Of a DNA stretch of 64,000 nucleotides, positions 1 to 12,690 are shown piece by piece. The stretch's first letter is position 1. The number at the start of each line of letters is the position of its first letter. The notes beneath the pieces are model-generated. The model saw only the letters and a list, made by a program, of their open reading frames with translations. It searched no databases and was not told the origin of the DNA. The stretch comes from Camelus dromedarius (lineage: Eukaryota): contig NC_087436.1 in NCBI RefSeq assembly GCF_036321535.1, forward strand, positions 103,914,001 through 103,978,000, read 5' to 3'. The position numbers were made by a program, and so were the translations under genes.

Positions 1-1744
1 ACGGCGAGTCCAGAAAGCAAACCTGCGTCTGTCTGAGTCCTGAGTCCGTTCTCTTTACAGTAGTACCATTCGAGGAGAAAACCCGGTGCGCACATCTTCC
101 TGGAGCACCTGTGATCTACAAAGATTCAGGGGGTAATATAATTTTCATATTAAAATGAATTATTACATGCAGGGGAACTTAATATGCATCGTTAAAATCA
201 AATAAATGTCATGCCTTTGGTCTGTGCGTTTGGACCGCACATGGAGATCTCTGGGAAGATGGGTTTCCTCTCGTTTGCAGTTGAAGTTTCCTCCATAAAA
301 GAGTGCAAGGAGCCCACTGCACCCTGCCACCTCCCTGCAAGTAAACAGACAACAAGTAAGAACAGCAAGACACCAGACGCCGTTTTTCGACTTTTTTGTC
401 TTTAATGCAGTCTCAGTCCCTTGTGGGACTCGCGAGTGAGAGCAGATGGTGCTCTTTCCCTTCCTGCGCCGCCCCACCTTGTCTTCGAGTTCTGACACAA
501 CCCTGGCGAGATCCTTACAGGGGAAAGAAATGCTTTGATTTGCTTGTTGATTTCAAAGGCAAATCCCTGGGAAATGCCACGGCGCTTGTGTTCTAATTCA
601 CCTGAGGAGGTGTTTGTGCTTACTAGAAAACAATCTTTGCAACAGGAGCAAGCCAGACACAGATGCAGGGATCGGTGGAGGTGGGGGGACCGAATAGAGG
701 AGCTCAGAAAGTTACTGATAATTTCCTGAGATGTACAAATGTGTCACACGGGAGAGGAGAGCTAAGGGAGTAGCATGGGGCCACGTGAAAGAGTACAACT
801 CAGCAATTCAGACTCCTTTCATTGAAAATTCGGACCCAGCCTGAACTAATAGACAACTTCCATTTAGTGAGTGATGAGGTGCCACAGATCTGCACACGGG
901 GACCACTTCTATTCCTCACAACAAGCCTTCCGGGTAAGAAATGTCATTTCCATTTTACATCTGAGTGAAATGAGGCCAAAGGCCCAGGAAGTTCCCTAGG
1001 TCACTGAGTTAAAAAGGAATAACGGAGCTTCCAGTCTAGGGAACACATCCAGGTGCTGGGAGGGTGGCGTGCGGGGCGGGCAGGGCATGGAAGCTCCCTC
1101 TTCCCATACACATCACGTCCATTTGGCTGTTCCTGAACTGTGTCCTTTATAATAAATTAGTAAACACTTGTTTTTAAAAGGGAGCAAAGTAAAACTTTCA
1201 TCTGGAGTCTGGTTGTGCAGGGCCATCGTGACCGGCACATGCTACCCTGGAAGTGCCCTTATCATAATGGTCACCACATTCTCACTTCTGATATACTTGG
1301 AAAGCTCCGCCATCAGAGGTTTACACGCCCTTGGAAGGTCTGCGGAAGCCACTGCTTGAAGTCATCAACTCAGAAGTGTCAGGTTCATGGGGGCGATTCC
1401 TAGGAGCTCAACCAGAAGCTCTTACTAACCTCATACCAGCTTCCTCCCGCACTTCTGCCCACAGTCACCCAAGGACGAGAGCTTCGTCTTCTCCTTCACT
1501 TTCCAAATCTCACTCAGGTGGCTCTGATACACTCAGGTGGGCTGAATATACCCTAGAACCCTATGAGGAATTGTAGGGCATTAAGTCCTTGCTTCTTCCC
1601 TGAAACAAAGAAGATGGACAAAGAGGCCGCAGTGATACAGCCAGTCAGCCAAACACTAAATCGTCTATGCGTCACCCATATATAACTCCAATTTCTATAC
1701 CTAGGACTATTAAAAGACTTTTTTAAAGCATGCCATTATTGAAT

Positions 1745-2210
1745 TCTGAATCTATTTCTGCATAACAAACCAACCAGAACTTAGTGGTTTAAAACAACCA
1801 CCATTTATTTGGCTCATAAGTCTCCGGGTCAACAGTCTGGGCTGTGTGCAGCTGTGTGTCTGTGGGCAGCTTCCTTCCAATAAATCAGAAGGCTCTGATT
1901 GTCAGCCGGTGGTTGGCTGGGGTCACGTCTCTCTCATCCTCCCGCACACTGACCCAGGTTTGTTCCCATGGAGACAGACAACGATCTCACAGTGGGAATA
2001 GAAGCTGCAAGACTTCTTGTTGCCCAGGCTCAGAACTGGTACAACGTCATTTCGGCCACATCATATTGGCCAAAGCATGTCACAAGGCCGGCCCAGAACC
2101 AGAGGGTATGGAAACAGACCCATCGACTGATGAGAGAAGCTGCAAAGTCACACTCCAATCGGGGAGACCCACGGAAAGTAGAGCATGCAATTTTTGCAAG
2201 TATCTGCAAG
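1745..2210 (-). mobile_element. MaLR LTR remnant (MLT1 family)
   Basis: Resembles recalled MLT1 consensus (gcataacaaac...cttagtggtttaaaacaac; attggccaaagca...tcacaaggcc...gctgcaaagtcaca). Boundaries approximate. Confidence 0.7.
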
Positions 2211-4499
2211 ACTTTATCCAATAATTTTGGGAATGAGGGGTTCTTATAAACCCCCTGTGGGTCATTAACGCACGAAAGTGCATTCTGTGTGGTCTCCTGA
2301 CAAAGCCCTTCTGGTTTCGTGTGTCACGTGGGCCTGGGGCACTGAGACTCCACCTTGGGAAACACCAGTCTCCTGCTGTGAATCCCCCGCCAGAATCCAG
2401 GTAGGTATCTGTTTCATAAATGTAGGGGATAAAATGCCACTGACAGGATAGGCATTTTTGTGGGGAAGAACGCCTTGTTCCGCAGCAGGGTTGACCAGGG
2501 AGATGAAGCTCCACGTGGTCCCTTCACCTTTGGTTTCCAAGCCGGAAAGACCACAGCCTGTGATCAGCACCTCCCAGAAGTCATTATCGCTTCCGAGACA
2601 GCTGAGCTGCCTGGTAACGATTCCTTGTGCTTACAGGATGCGTTTCCTCTGAGGAGTGCCAAGTAATTTACAACCACTTATTAATTAATCCTCAGCCCCC
2701 ACATGAGATGAAGATGAGTTATTATGCCTCTTTGACAGATGTGTGAAGTGGCCAAAGGGAGACAAAACGACATCAAGCTTCTGCCCAAGGTCACTATGTT
2801 GTCAAATTCACTGGACCGGGTCCCGGCCCCTCCAGCCTCACCACTCATCCTGCGCAGCCTCTCCCGCAGAAGCCCGGGACTGCCTCGGGGCTGGCTCCAA
2901 CCATGTCAGAAAAGGCTGAGTTTTTCGGATCAAGTGTGAGGCTTTTGCCATTTCATTTTGTGGGTGGTTCATTTTTTACAGTTCTGCTTTTGGTTTGGGT
3001 GTTGATGTGCACAGTTTTAGGTCAGCTGTTAGGTGTCCAAGAAGAAATTGGTTCTAAGTGCATTACTTTTGCATTTTGTTCGGACGTGTCACTTAGGGAG
3101 TGTGCGTGTCCTCCCCACTGAAAAAGGGAGCCGACCACCTCACAGAATGTGAAAGGGGGCCTGGGAGCGGAGTGGGGACGCGCGCGTGGCCTCTGCCGGG
3201 AACTCGCATTTTCACAGCCACCTCCAACTAGGAGACAAACGCCAATCTGCTTTTCTAAAGAGATGGAACCAACACTCGGGACGCTGGAGTGCACTTCCCT
3301 CAGCAGATGAACATGTCCACAGAAAAAGCCACCAGGTACAGAAGAGGCTTGGAGATTACTTTCAGGCATCCTCTCCAATTTATTTTCCAAGGGGTCTCTT
3401 ACCTAAGTATGTATTTTTCCACACATACAAACTAAAGCAGCCAGAGTGGGTTTATTTTTGTGCCGGGAAGCAAGAACCCGTTACATCCAAAGGAGAGCTG
3501 CACAGCACACAGAAAACTCCGAAACTGTAAGGCGACTATCCCAGCGAGGAGGCAGTGAAAGCCGGCCAGGCTTCTGAGCGGCAGAAAGCCGGCTGCAGTC
3601 GCTGCTGGCACAGGAAAATAGACCACTTGGAGGACAGAAAAACCCGGGAGCCACTAAGGAGCAATTAAGCAAAGTGACGTCCAAGGTCAGTTTAATGGAA
3701 GAAAGTGTTGTAACGTTTGGAACTCTGAGGACAGCTCTTTGGATTTGATACAGTCAAAATTATGGCAACTGATGGAGCTCTTTCCTTCCTTCTTCACTGC
3801 ACGCTTTTATCAAACGTTTATGGAGTATTTCGTTTGTTGAAAGCCCTGTTCTGGCACTCTGGAGGGATGCGCCGGAAGCCAGCAGCTTGCAGTAGGACAC
3901 TCAACGACGTAACTTTCTTGAACCCCCTCCCGCTCCTCTCCCTTAAGGCCAGTGGGCCCAGCCTGGGTGTGGTGCGAACCTCCTCCTGGGGGACCAGGGC
4001 GTAAAGCAGAGCTCTGTCCTAGGAAGCCATCTAAGGCTTCCAGGAAGATTCAGATGCTCAGAGGAAGGAGGCTATGATGGCAGAGTTCCAGTTAGCAGGA
4101 TTGCCTCTCGTGGGATGGAAGTGATGCGCCTCGTAGGGGCACCTAGGCTGCCTGGTGGCAGGCAGAGCAGGGCACAGGGAGAGGGAGCACGTCCCTGGGT
4201 CTGGGGACTGGCCTGAGCTTGCAGCCACTGGCTCCTATCAAGAGGTTCCAGCAGGACCACCCCAGTACACCCCCCAGTACACCTTCATATTTTCATTTCT
4301 CTCTTCCTTTTTGTCCCTGGGTCCTGAGAGTAATCCTGCATATCTGTGTATGACAGGCGATGTATGTCCTCACACAGGTTTTAACTTGTTGCTCATTATT
4401 GAGTGAAACTGATCTTCCACTTATCCTCCCCACCCGCCCCCACCCGCCCCCACCTGCCCTCACCCACTAAATCTCTTGATTATATTTCAAAGCCATATT

Positions 4500-4670
4500 T
4501 GGCTGGTTTAGATCTCATCTCTACCACTGCCAGGCCCTGGGTGAGAGACTTACCTCTCAGTCTCATCACATGACTCTGATACCTGTTTTACAGGGTGATG
4601 GTGAGAAAAGAAATGAAATAACTTATGTAAAGTACTTGACACAGAGTCCACAGTAAGTAAATGTTAATTC
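4500..4670 (+). mobile_element. MIR SINE fragment
   Basis: Degenerate MIR core and 3' part (ttacagggtgatggtgagaa...aatgaaataacttatgtaaagtactt). Confidence 0.55.
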
Positions 4671-6049
4671 TTTTTACTCCCTGTTCCAACCTCTTCCGCT
4701 GTGGTCCCAGGCAATTTGCTCGACAACTCCATTTGACTTTGGTGATGGGCTGCTTTGTATAAAAGTCATTGACAAATTAGCCCTTTAAATTGATGAGGAA
4801 TAATTTAAAGACGAAAGAAACAGAATCTACATTGACTAACGAAGGTAACAAAGAGAGAAATAAGAAGCAGGCCTTGGGGGCCCCGGATGGGGATAAGACG
4901 GAAATCAGCATTGATCTGCATATGCACAGTCACCAGGGAGTTCGAAACAGTCATTATTTAGTATCAACTTCTATAATTTCAAATATTTCCAAAACATTTA
5001 TCGAATCAACACAAGAATATTTTAGAGGGTAATCTTCCAAAAATTTGCCACAAAAGAAACTCACTCTATATTTAAGGAGAAAAAAGGAAACGATAGAGGA
5101 TAATAAAACAAGTTGCCATCAAAAGCGGATATAAATACAACATGGAACAACCCAAGAGAATAAACATGTGATGTTGGTAAAAGATTTGCTTGCTCTGGGT
5201 AGATCCTTGAGTGACTGCCAACATCCGTTTACGTGCAAACTAATAAAACATGTACGACAGAAAGTGCAAAGTTTGGCAGGCATCTGGGAAACAGCAGCCT
5301 GTGGGTAATGAATTAGCACATGCACTGGAGAAAACCCCATCTTTTCTGACCTCTTTGTAAATGAAGGATAAAAAAGAGGATCCTATAAGAAGCATAGAGA
5401 AATTCTAGCTGCTTACCAGAACAGTCTATTATCCAGTCTACATGACCACCAGGCACCTAAGACACAAAGCCCCAGAGAAGGATGAACCAACCCCTGAACT
5501 GTCCATCACCCCCCTACTGTGACCAGCTGGAGCAAAACCAGAAGCAAATCTTCAAACATCCTCCTGCGTTGAGCCCTGCTCAGCACAATGTTTCTGCAAT
5601 TCCATGCTCTTAGGGAGAGAGTCGTATCTTCACCTTCATTATATTTGAGCCAAAGACACTTCGGGCAAATCAAAAAGAGATGATTATTCACTGCTTCCCC
5701 CCTCCCCCAGCAACGTCTTAGGGCTTAATTAAAGACAGTAATGACTCTGCGGGCAGAAAACAGGTTGGAATTCTAAGCCAGCTGCAACCTAGCAGGTTCC
5801 CTCACCAAGCAGGAATCAGGAAACACAGAGGAAGAGCGAGCCCAGCCTGGAGGTCACCACGCCAGGGGAAGGCGACTCCTCTCCAATTTTAAAAAGAGGC
5901 AGGAAAAGTATGAAGCAGAGACTGATGGTTCACAGAGCTGTGTCTGCGTTTGACCAGGGAGACAGGGCCACACAGAGGACAAAGGTACACACACAAGCAA
6001 TCCAAGTACGAACCAAAACAAGGATGTCCTTGTTGGTGTGGTGATTGGG

Positions 6050-6088
6050 ACACACACACACACACACACACACTCACACACACACTCA
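6050..6088. repeat. (CA)n microsatellite, imperfect
   Basis: Directly visible. Confidence 0.95.
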
Positions 6089-9000
6089 TCAGAAAGTATT
6101 TTCCTTAAAGAGATGTCTGCAAATAAAAAACTGCGATTTTTCAGAGCAAATTTGAACCTGTCTGACCTTCTGCATCGGAGGCATCATGTGACCAACGAGA
6201 GCAAGCCCACATCTCGGACCACTAAGCGGGGCGCGCCAAAATGACAGACGGCGGCGTGGTTGCAGTTCTGGGTATCATGTCGGTGCCAGGACCCGCAGAA
6301 TCCCCCAAACTGCCCTGATTACAATGCAGTAAGACAAACATAACAGATTTCATTCAAATCAACTGCACAATTAGGAGACAGTGTTCAATTTTATTCCATA
6401 ATGAGAGTGGCTTTATTGTTGGAGCTACTAGAAAAACACAAATTGGCCAGATTTCTGGTCCATAAAAAGGCCCGCATTAGAGTCTGGAGGAATGTGAAGC
6501 TGAGAAGAGGAACTCTTCTGAAGATTTACGTGTAAATATAGTTAAAGCCCAAATCAGGGAAACTGGGCTATTTTAATACTGCTCTTCTTTAGAAAGATTT
6601 ATACAAGCCTTTGAACTGAGCCCAACCATTCAGAGTTGATACTGTGCAGTGTTCTCAAAAACTTATCAAATATTAAAAACCCTATTTTGTAGAAAAACAA
6701 CTCTTTACATGTTGAAAAGGCAGACATAGTTAAGCGAACTTCCTTTGTTTCCCACCAAGAAAAACTCAGGATTTTTTTTTCCACCTTTTACATTCGATGA
6801 AAGAAGATCTTTTCCTTTGTTGCAGAATCAGTAAGAAGCTGGCAACCTGGCAGTTTTTATTGCAGGCTTCCTGGACTCCCCCTACAGGATGGCAGGCTCT
6901 GAGCAGTTACAGAGCACAGTCCTGGGGACTGGGTCCATACTGAAAGGACGGAACTGGTCTCCAGGGGCTTCTGGTCTTGTTCCATAGGAATGACCGGCAA
7001 CAACAGGGAACGTCACTGTGGTCTGAGATTATTGCTGCGTGATTTCTGAAAAAGGCAGGGATTTAGCTGAGCCTTGAAGCAGAGGGAGTATGCAGGTTGC
7101 TGCTTCCTATTTCCACATCTCTGCATACACTCTTCCCTCTACCTGGAACCCACTCTTCATCTCATCTTCTTGGAAAACTCCTATTGCTCCTTGAAGAATC
7201 TCAGAGTCTAAAGTCAGAGTGTCTTCCCACCAGCCCCGCTCTCAGCCCAGCCCTTCCCTTCCTGTTCCCTCCCGTCAGTCAGTCTCTGCAAATTCTGTCC
7301 GTACATGTGAGCATTGGACGGAGTGCAGGTGGAACTCAGGACTTTCAGACCCGAGGCAAGACGAGATTGTCCCAAGGTGGAAATGCAGACCTCATGCTTC
7401 CTATAACAAGATCCCCACAGCCAAAGGCTCTGGTGTTGAAAATATGTGCTACGTATAAAAGGCGACTTCTCTTGAAATTTTTCTTGAAACTAGAGTGCTC
7501 TCAGAATTCTACATGCACCACAGAAAGAGGATTTTATCTGCTCACATTCAGATATCATTTACCCAGCGTTTAGAGCCACTGAAATCCTGGACAAAAAGAT
7601 AGTGAGACCCCACACACCTCTCTGAGAAATCTTTCAAAACTTCCTCCCACTCGGTGGACTGAGGATCTAACCAGCTGGACTGAGGCATTTAGAGAGCAGG
7701 AGAATTCTGCTGGGGAGACAGGTGTGTCCTAGCAGGCTTTGCGCAAGATGTACAGTCTTAACTTTGGTCCCAAAGGACACAGAAGGGAGGGGGAGGCGGA
7801 GAGGAGTCCAGAAGGGTGGTTGGGAGGAGCTGGAGTGCCTAAGTCAGGATCGGCCCCAGGGAGGGGCTGTACTGAGGAGGCTGCGCTCTGCCCCAACTTC
7901 GCAGGGGAGGACCCAGCTCACACTAACAGGGGTGCCTTTGCCTGAAAGCAAAGGCAGCTAGTGACCGTTTTTCTAGACATCTTACATGGGTGCTGCCAAA
8001 TTCTACTCAAAAGCCAGACTCCAAGCACGGTGGGGAAAAAGGGGTATGCCTGTAGTGGAACAGAGGTTAAAAACCATCACTTGGATCTAAGATTCAAGGC
8101 ATTTGACTCACGGGTGGGGAGGAGTCTGGAGCCACAGAGAAAGGCTGTCTCTCTCTCATCAGGGAGAGGTCACAGAAGACTGTGAGCACTGCCTATAGAA
8201 TAAACCTGGGACGTGAGACAGGTTCGATCCCATGTGCCATTTCTGATGGAATCATAGCAACTGCCTGGAGCGCCTTGTTGTCAAGGACCCAAACTCCTCA
8301 TTGCAGCCTGCAGAGCTCCCCGGGCACAGCCCTGCTCACCTGTCCATCTGCATTTCCTTCCTGCCGCTGCCCTCCCCTTGGCTCACTGTGAGGGAAAACA
8401 TCCCCCGAGTCCCTCCTGTCCCTCAGTGAGGCCAGTGCCGATGCCATGTTGCCCAAGACAGTCCCGTCCCTGGGGCGGGGCGGAGGGGGGGCTCATGCAG
8501 GGCCTGGAGGACCAGTTCGTCAGGGAAACTGCAGCACTTGAAGGCTGGATGAGAGAAACCCTCAAGGAGTTCTTCCACCTCTAACCTTTTAGGATGTAAT
8601 CAAGGTGATGACAACAATAAAGCTTAAATCCCACTCGGGTTGGTCCCAGGTGTAACTGATCATTTTATAAAAGGAAACTGCAGGGTCCCTGTTTCATGGT
8701 CAGCTGTCAAGTGGATTAACCAGGACTAAAAAGAGGGCACGTGGAAAACCCAAAGTACCAAAACCAAAGAATTAAATCAGTGAAATATTAGTGGATTGTA
8801 CTTCAAGGTAAAATTAAATACTTAATATTTGGCTATCACATACCCAAGCAAATTACACAAAATAACTCAAAATGAAACATTTAATTAGCTGCTCTGAAAT
8901 GGATTTGTTCTCAAACCATTAATCTAATTAACACACACAACTTCCCTCTCCCAGCACTTGCCTTGTTTGTGCATGAGGCCGGCCCACAGCTCATGTTCGT

Positions 9001-11012
9001 CTACCTACACACCTGTGCATCTCTAAGGGCCCCCTGCTTGTCGTGCAGACTGTTTTCTGCCCCCTTGCCTCCCAGATTTGTGGGTAACAATGATTATTCA
9101 CAAAACAAGATAAAGAAATTGCTCCAAATGAGAAACGGTTGATGTTTCAAAGTGCACAGAGAAGGGGCTGTTTTTCCAACATGCACTGCAGATGTGGCAG
9201 CTGAACGCATGTGAACACACAAACGGTAAATGAACAGCCTGCATAATCGTGACAATTATATGTGGCAATATGGTCTGTTTCTATTAATCAACTCAGGAAC
9301 CTCCAAGGAGGGAAATAAATAAATAAATAAATAGTCATTTTGTTCTTTTAAATACTGCAGCTTATGGACGCTACCTGCTTACTGATAAATTTGACATTAC
9401 TGGAAAACTACTGCAATAAATTTAGAAACCAAAATTATTCCCACGAAAAATTATATAATTAACATTTTGAAGGCGGCGGGAATGGGGAAGAGCTGAGAAA
9501 ATACTGGTACAATACTGTCATCTAGTGACAACTATAGGATACTACAGCTTTTTATTAAAAATTTTCAGATTGATTTATTCCTGGGATGGAAAATAAGCAA
9601 AATGAAAAGGTTTGCTCGTGTATCTGATACTGACAGGAAAAGGAGGCTTGGAATTCTAGACAGGAGATCCCTGCTATTCTTACAGGGCTTACATCAGAGC
9701 TCTTCAGACTTTTTTCACTTCTTTGGACCCTGGGGTATTTGGGAGGCTGAAGAGGAGGGCAGGGCGGCTGACCAGACGGAGAGGGCAGTTCAAGAGGAGT
9801 CACAAACACGGACTCCACCAGGCCGCCAGGCACCTGGATACACGAGCGGAGCCAGGCTCAGTAACACCTGGTCTTCCTTTCTTGGTTTTGTTTAAAGATA
9901 TCAGGAAGTTTGTATCTGTGTATGTGAAATCTTCAGATGTTTTCATTTGGAACTTAAAGAAATTCTTTTAACTGTGCAGTGTTTGAGGGACAGCTCTGGT
10001 TCAAAGGGCAGCCAGTTTGTGACACTTGGCATAGAAGAAGATGGATTATTGGTGAATCCTGCCCAAAGGAGATAGGAAGAGAGGACCTAGGAGACTGTTA
10101 CCAGCATGGAAACGTACAAAGAGCGATTTTGAGCCATTCCCACTAATGCCAGCCTAGTCAGGTGGGAAGACAAGAGTCTAACGTAACAGTAGCGTTAGCG
10201 CGCCAACTCTGGAACTCAAAGACTTCCGGGACATAGGACTTCACAAAATGTGCACAGGCTTCCACGTGCAAATGCGACAAGCCCTTTCCCCACCGCATCA
10301 CGCAGGTGGAAGTGTCTACACTGCCGAATCACTCGTGTGTTAGGCCAGTGCTTTCTCCTAACCCTGTTTACAGCTCAGAGGTTTCCCCCAAGAACTGTGA
10401 ACCAGGTGATGGGAGACACAGTGGGAAAGAAAGGAAGGAGAAGAAAGCTTAGGAGAAAATGACAAAGGCAGGGAGAAACACTGAAGAAAACCGCAGGGCT
10501 TTTGTTTCAATATTGTTTTCAAATAATTGCAATGAACAAGTTAAAAACTGTAACTAACTATGGCCACCATATCAAATAACCCAAATAGAGTAAAGCAAAC
10601 TGGTATACAAAGTAATGCCAAGCTCTGCACCTGTCTCTATTGAGCAAATAAATAATTGCAGGCAAGTTGGGATGTTGCAATTGAGTTGCACTTTTCAGTT
10701 GTCTTGTACTCAAGTGCTCGCCTGTTCTGTGTTTTCCCTCTGGATAAAATAACCGCAGCTTTATATTGTAATAGAACAAAGAGAATTGTGACATATGTTT
10801 CATAATTTATTTAGTTGATTCCACACACATTTGCTAAACAGAGCGGGGAGGGAAGGACATTTCAAAACTGTTCACGAGAGCTGAGCAGGAGGCGGGGCAC
10901 ACACAAGTGGTCAGCGTGGGGGAAGGAGTGCAAACCCCTCTCCAACTTTCCCTTCCCTTTCTTTACTGGGTTTTTTTTTTTTTTTTTTTTTTGGTGGTCT
11001 TCTTGTTCCATC

Positions 11013-11522
11013 TGTAATAGAAAAGAAAAAATCTGACTCCATATTACATCTGTTCCTTTGTCTTTAACCCTGTGCTCTGTTTCCTGGGCTTAGTCATGCT
11101 GGTTCTGCACCTTTTGTAAAAAGAATGTTGCCTAGAGCCTGAAATACACAGACTAGCCCATTCTCAAGGCTCTGACCTCTAAGGGTATAACACTTTCTCA
11201 TTCATATAAAGATAACAATTTGCAGAATAGAAAATAACACTTGTTTTGTTGGAGGTTTACAGGGACACAATGACCTGACATGGACAGTTACAAGAACACA
11301 GAATTCTGACACCAACAAGTTTGCAACAACCACACTCCCTCTTTTTTTTAGTATAAAAGGAGCCTGAATTCTGACTTGAGGAAGATGGTTCTCCAGGACA
11401 TTATTCTCCCGTCTTCTTGGTCTGCCAGCTTCCCGAATAAAGTCATTCCTTGCCTCAACACCTCGTCTCCCAATTTATTGGCCTGTCGTGCACTGAGCAG
11501 GACGAGTTTGGATTTGGAAACA
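11013..11522 (+). mobile_element. Solo ERV1-class LTR (510 bp) with 4-bp TSD CATC
   Basis: TG...CA termini (tgtaatag...ggaaaca); CATC at 11009-11012 and 11523-11526; TATAAAA at 11352; AATAAA at 11436-11441. Confidence 0.88.
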
Positions 11523-11526
11523 CATC

Positions 11527-12690
11527 AATTTATGAAAACCAGGTGTTAAAATCTCCAGCTATAACTGTCGATTTGTCTAGTTCTTGCTTTAATTCTGTTT
11601 TTGTTTCATGTATTTTAAAGCTGTGTAGCAGGAGCAGCCCTACCTATTTAGGATTTCTGTGTCTTCCCGGTGAACTAGGTCATCATTCGGAAATGCCCGT
11701 TTATATGCAACAATAGTCTTTGTCTGGATGCCTACTTTGTGAAACTGATGCAGGCACAGCAGCTCTCTTATGCTTACTAGTCCATGGTATATCATTGCCC
11801 CTCCTCTTCTCACATTCAAACCACCTGAATACTTAGATTAAAATTGTTCCCCTATAGGTAGCATACCGTAGAGTCTTACATTTTTATGCAGACAGTTTCT
11901 GCCTCTTAAATGAAGAGTTTAGTCAATTCACCTTAAGTAATTAACATGATTGGGTTTAATTCTACTATCTTGCTATTTGTTTTCTATTTTTCCAGTCTTT
12001 CTTTTTTCTTCTTACTGTTCCTCCATTTCTCCTTGCTTGTTTTCCTTTGAATTAATCGAATTTCAAGCTTTCTATGTATTCGTTTCACAGAAGTTTGGGC
12101 AATATCTTATTCTTTCTAGCGGTCGCGGTAGGAATGACACTCTTCATCCTTACTCGTTACATCCTACAGAGGGTACCTATTGAACCTCGTCACGTGAAAG
12201 GTAAGATGCTTTCAAGAGGACAGTTCCTTTCTTGTCCCCTGTGCTGTTAGGGTCATATATTGGATTTGACATATTATAAATTCCAAAGTGCAACGTTACT
12301 TTTGCTTTAAAGTCCCATGTGCTTTTTTAAAGATAAAGTAAAAAAAAAATTGTTTTTTTATATTTATCCACATATTTATCATTTCCAGGGCTGTTCATCA
12401 CTGTCTGTATATCTGTGTTTTCATCAATATCGTTTCTCTTTAGGCTCAAGAACTCCCTTTAGCATTTCTTGTAGTGCAGGTCTACTGGCAACAAATTTTC
12501 CGTTTCTATTTTATCTGAAAATCTCTTTATTTCATCATAATTTTTGAAGAATCTTCATGCTGGATACATAATTCTTGGTTGAAAGAGTTTTTTCTTTCCT
12601 CAATCATTTTTAAAATGTTCTGTTTCCTTCTGGACTTCACCGTCCCTTATGAGAATCATTTGTCATATGCATGATTGTTGCTGTTTTCTT
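11527..12690 (-). mobile_element. Old L1 (L1M-type) fragment, host of the solo LTR
   Basis: T-rich, L1-antisense-like text (gttaaaatctccagctataactgtcgatttgtct; actccctttagcatttcttgtagtgcaggtctactggcaacaaatt). Confidence 0.75.

Noticed and set aside
1041..1170. MER21-like LTR fragment
   Set aside because: Short resemblance only; boundaries and family cannot be supported without a search.
9515..9530. Degenerate CTCF-like motif / small hairpin (ctgtcatctagtgaca)
   Set aside because: Two mismatches at core positions; expected by chance in 64 kb.
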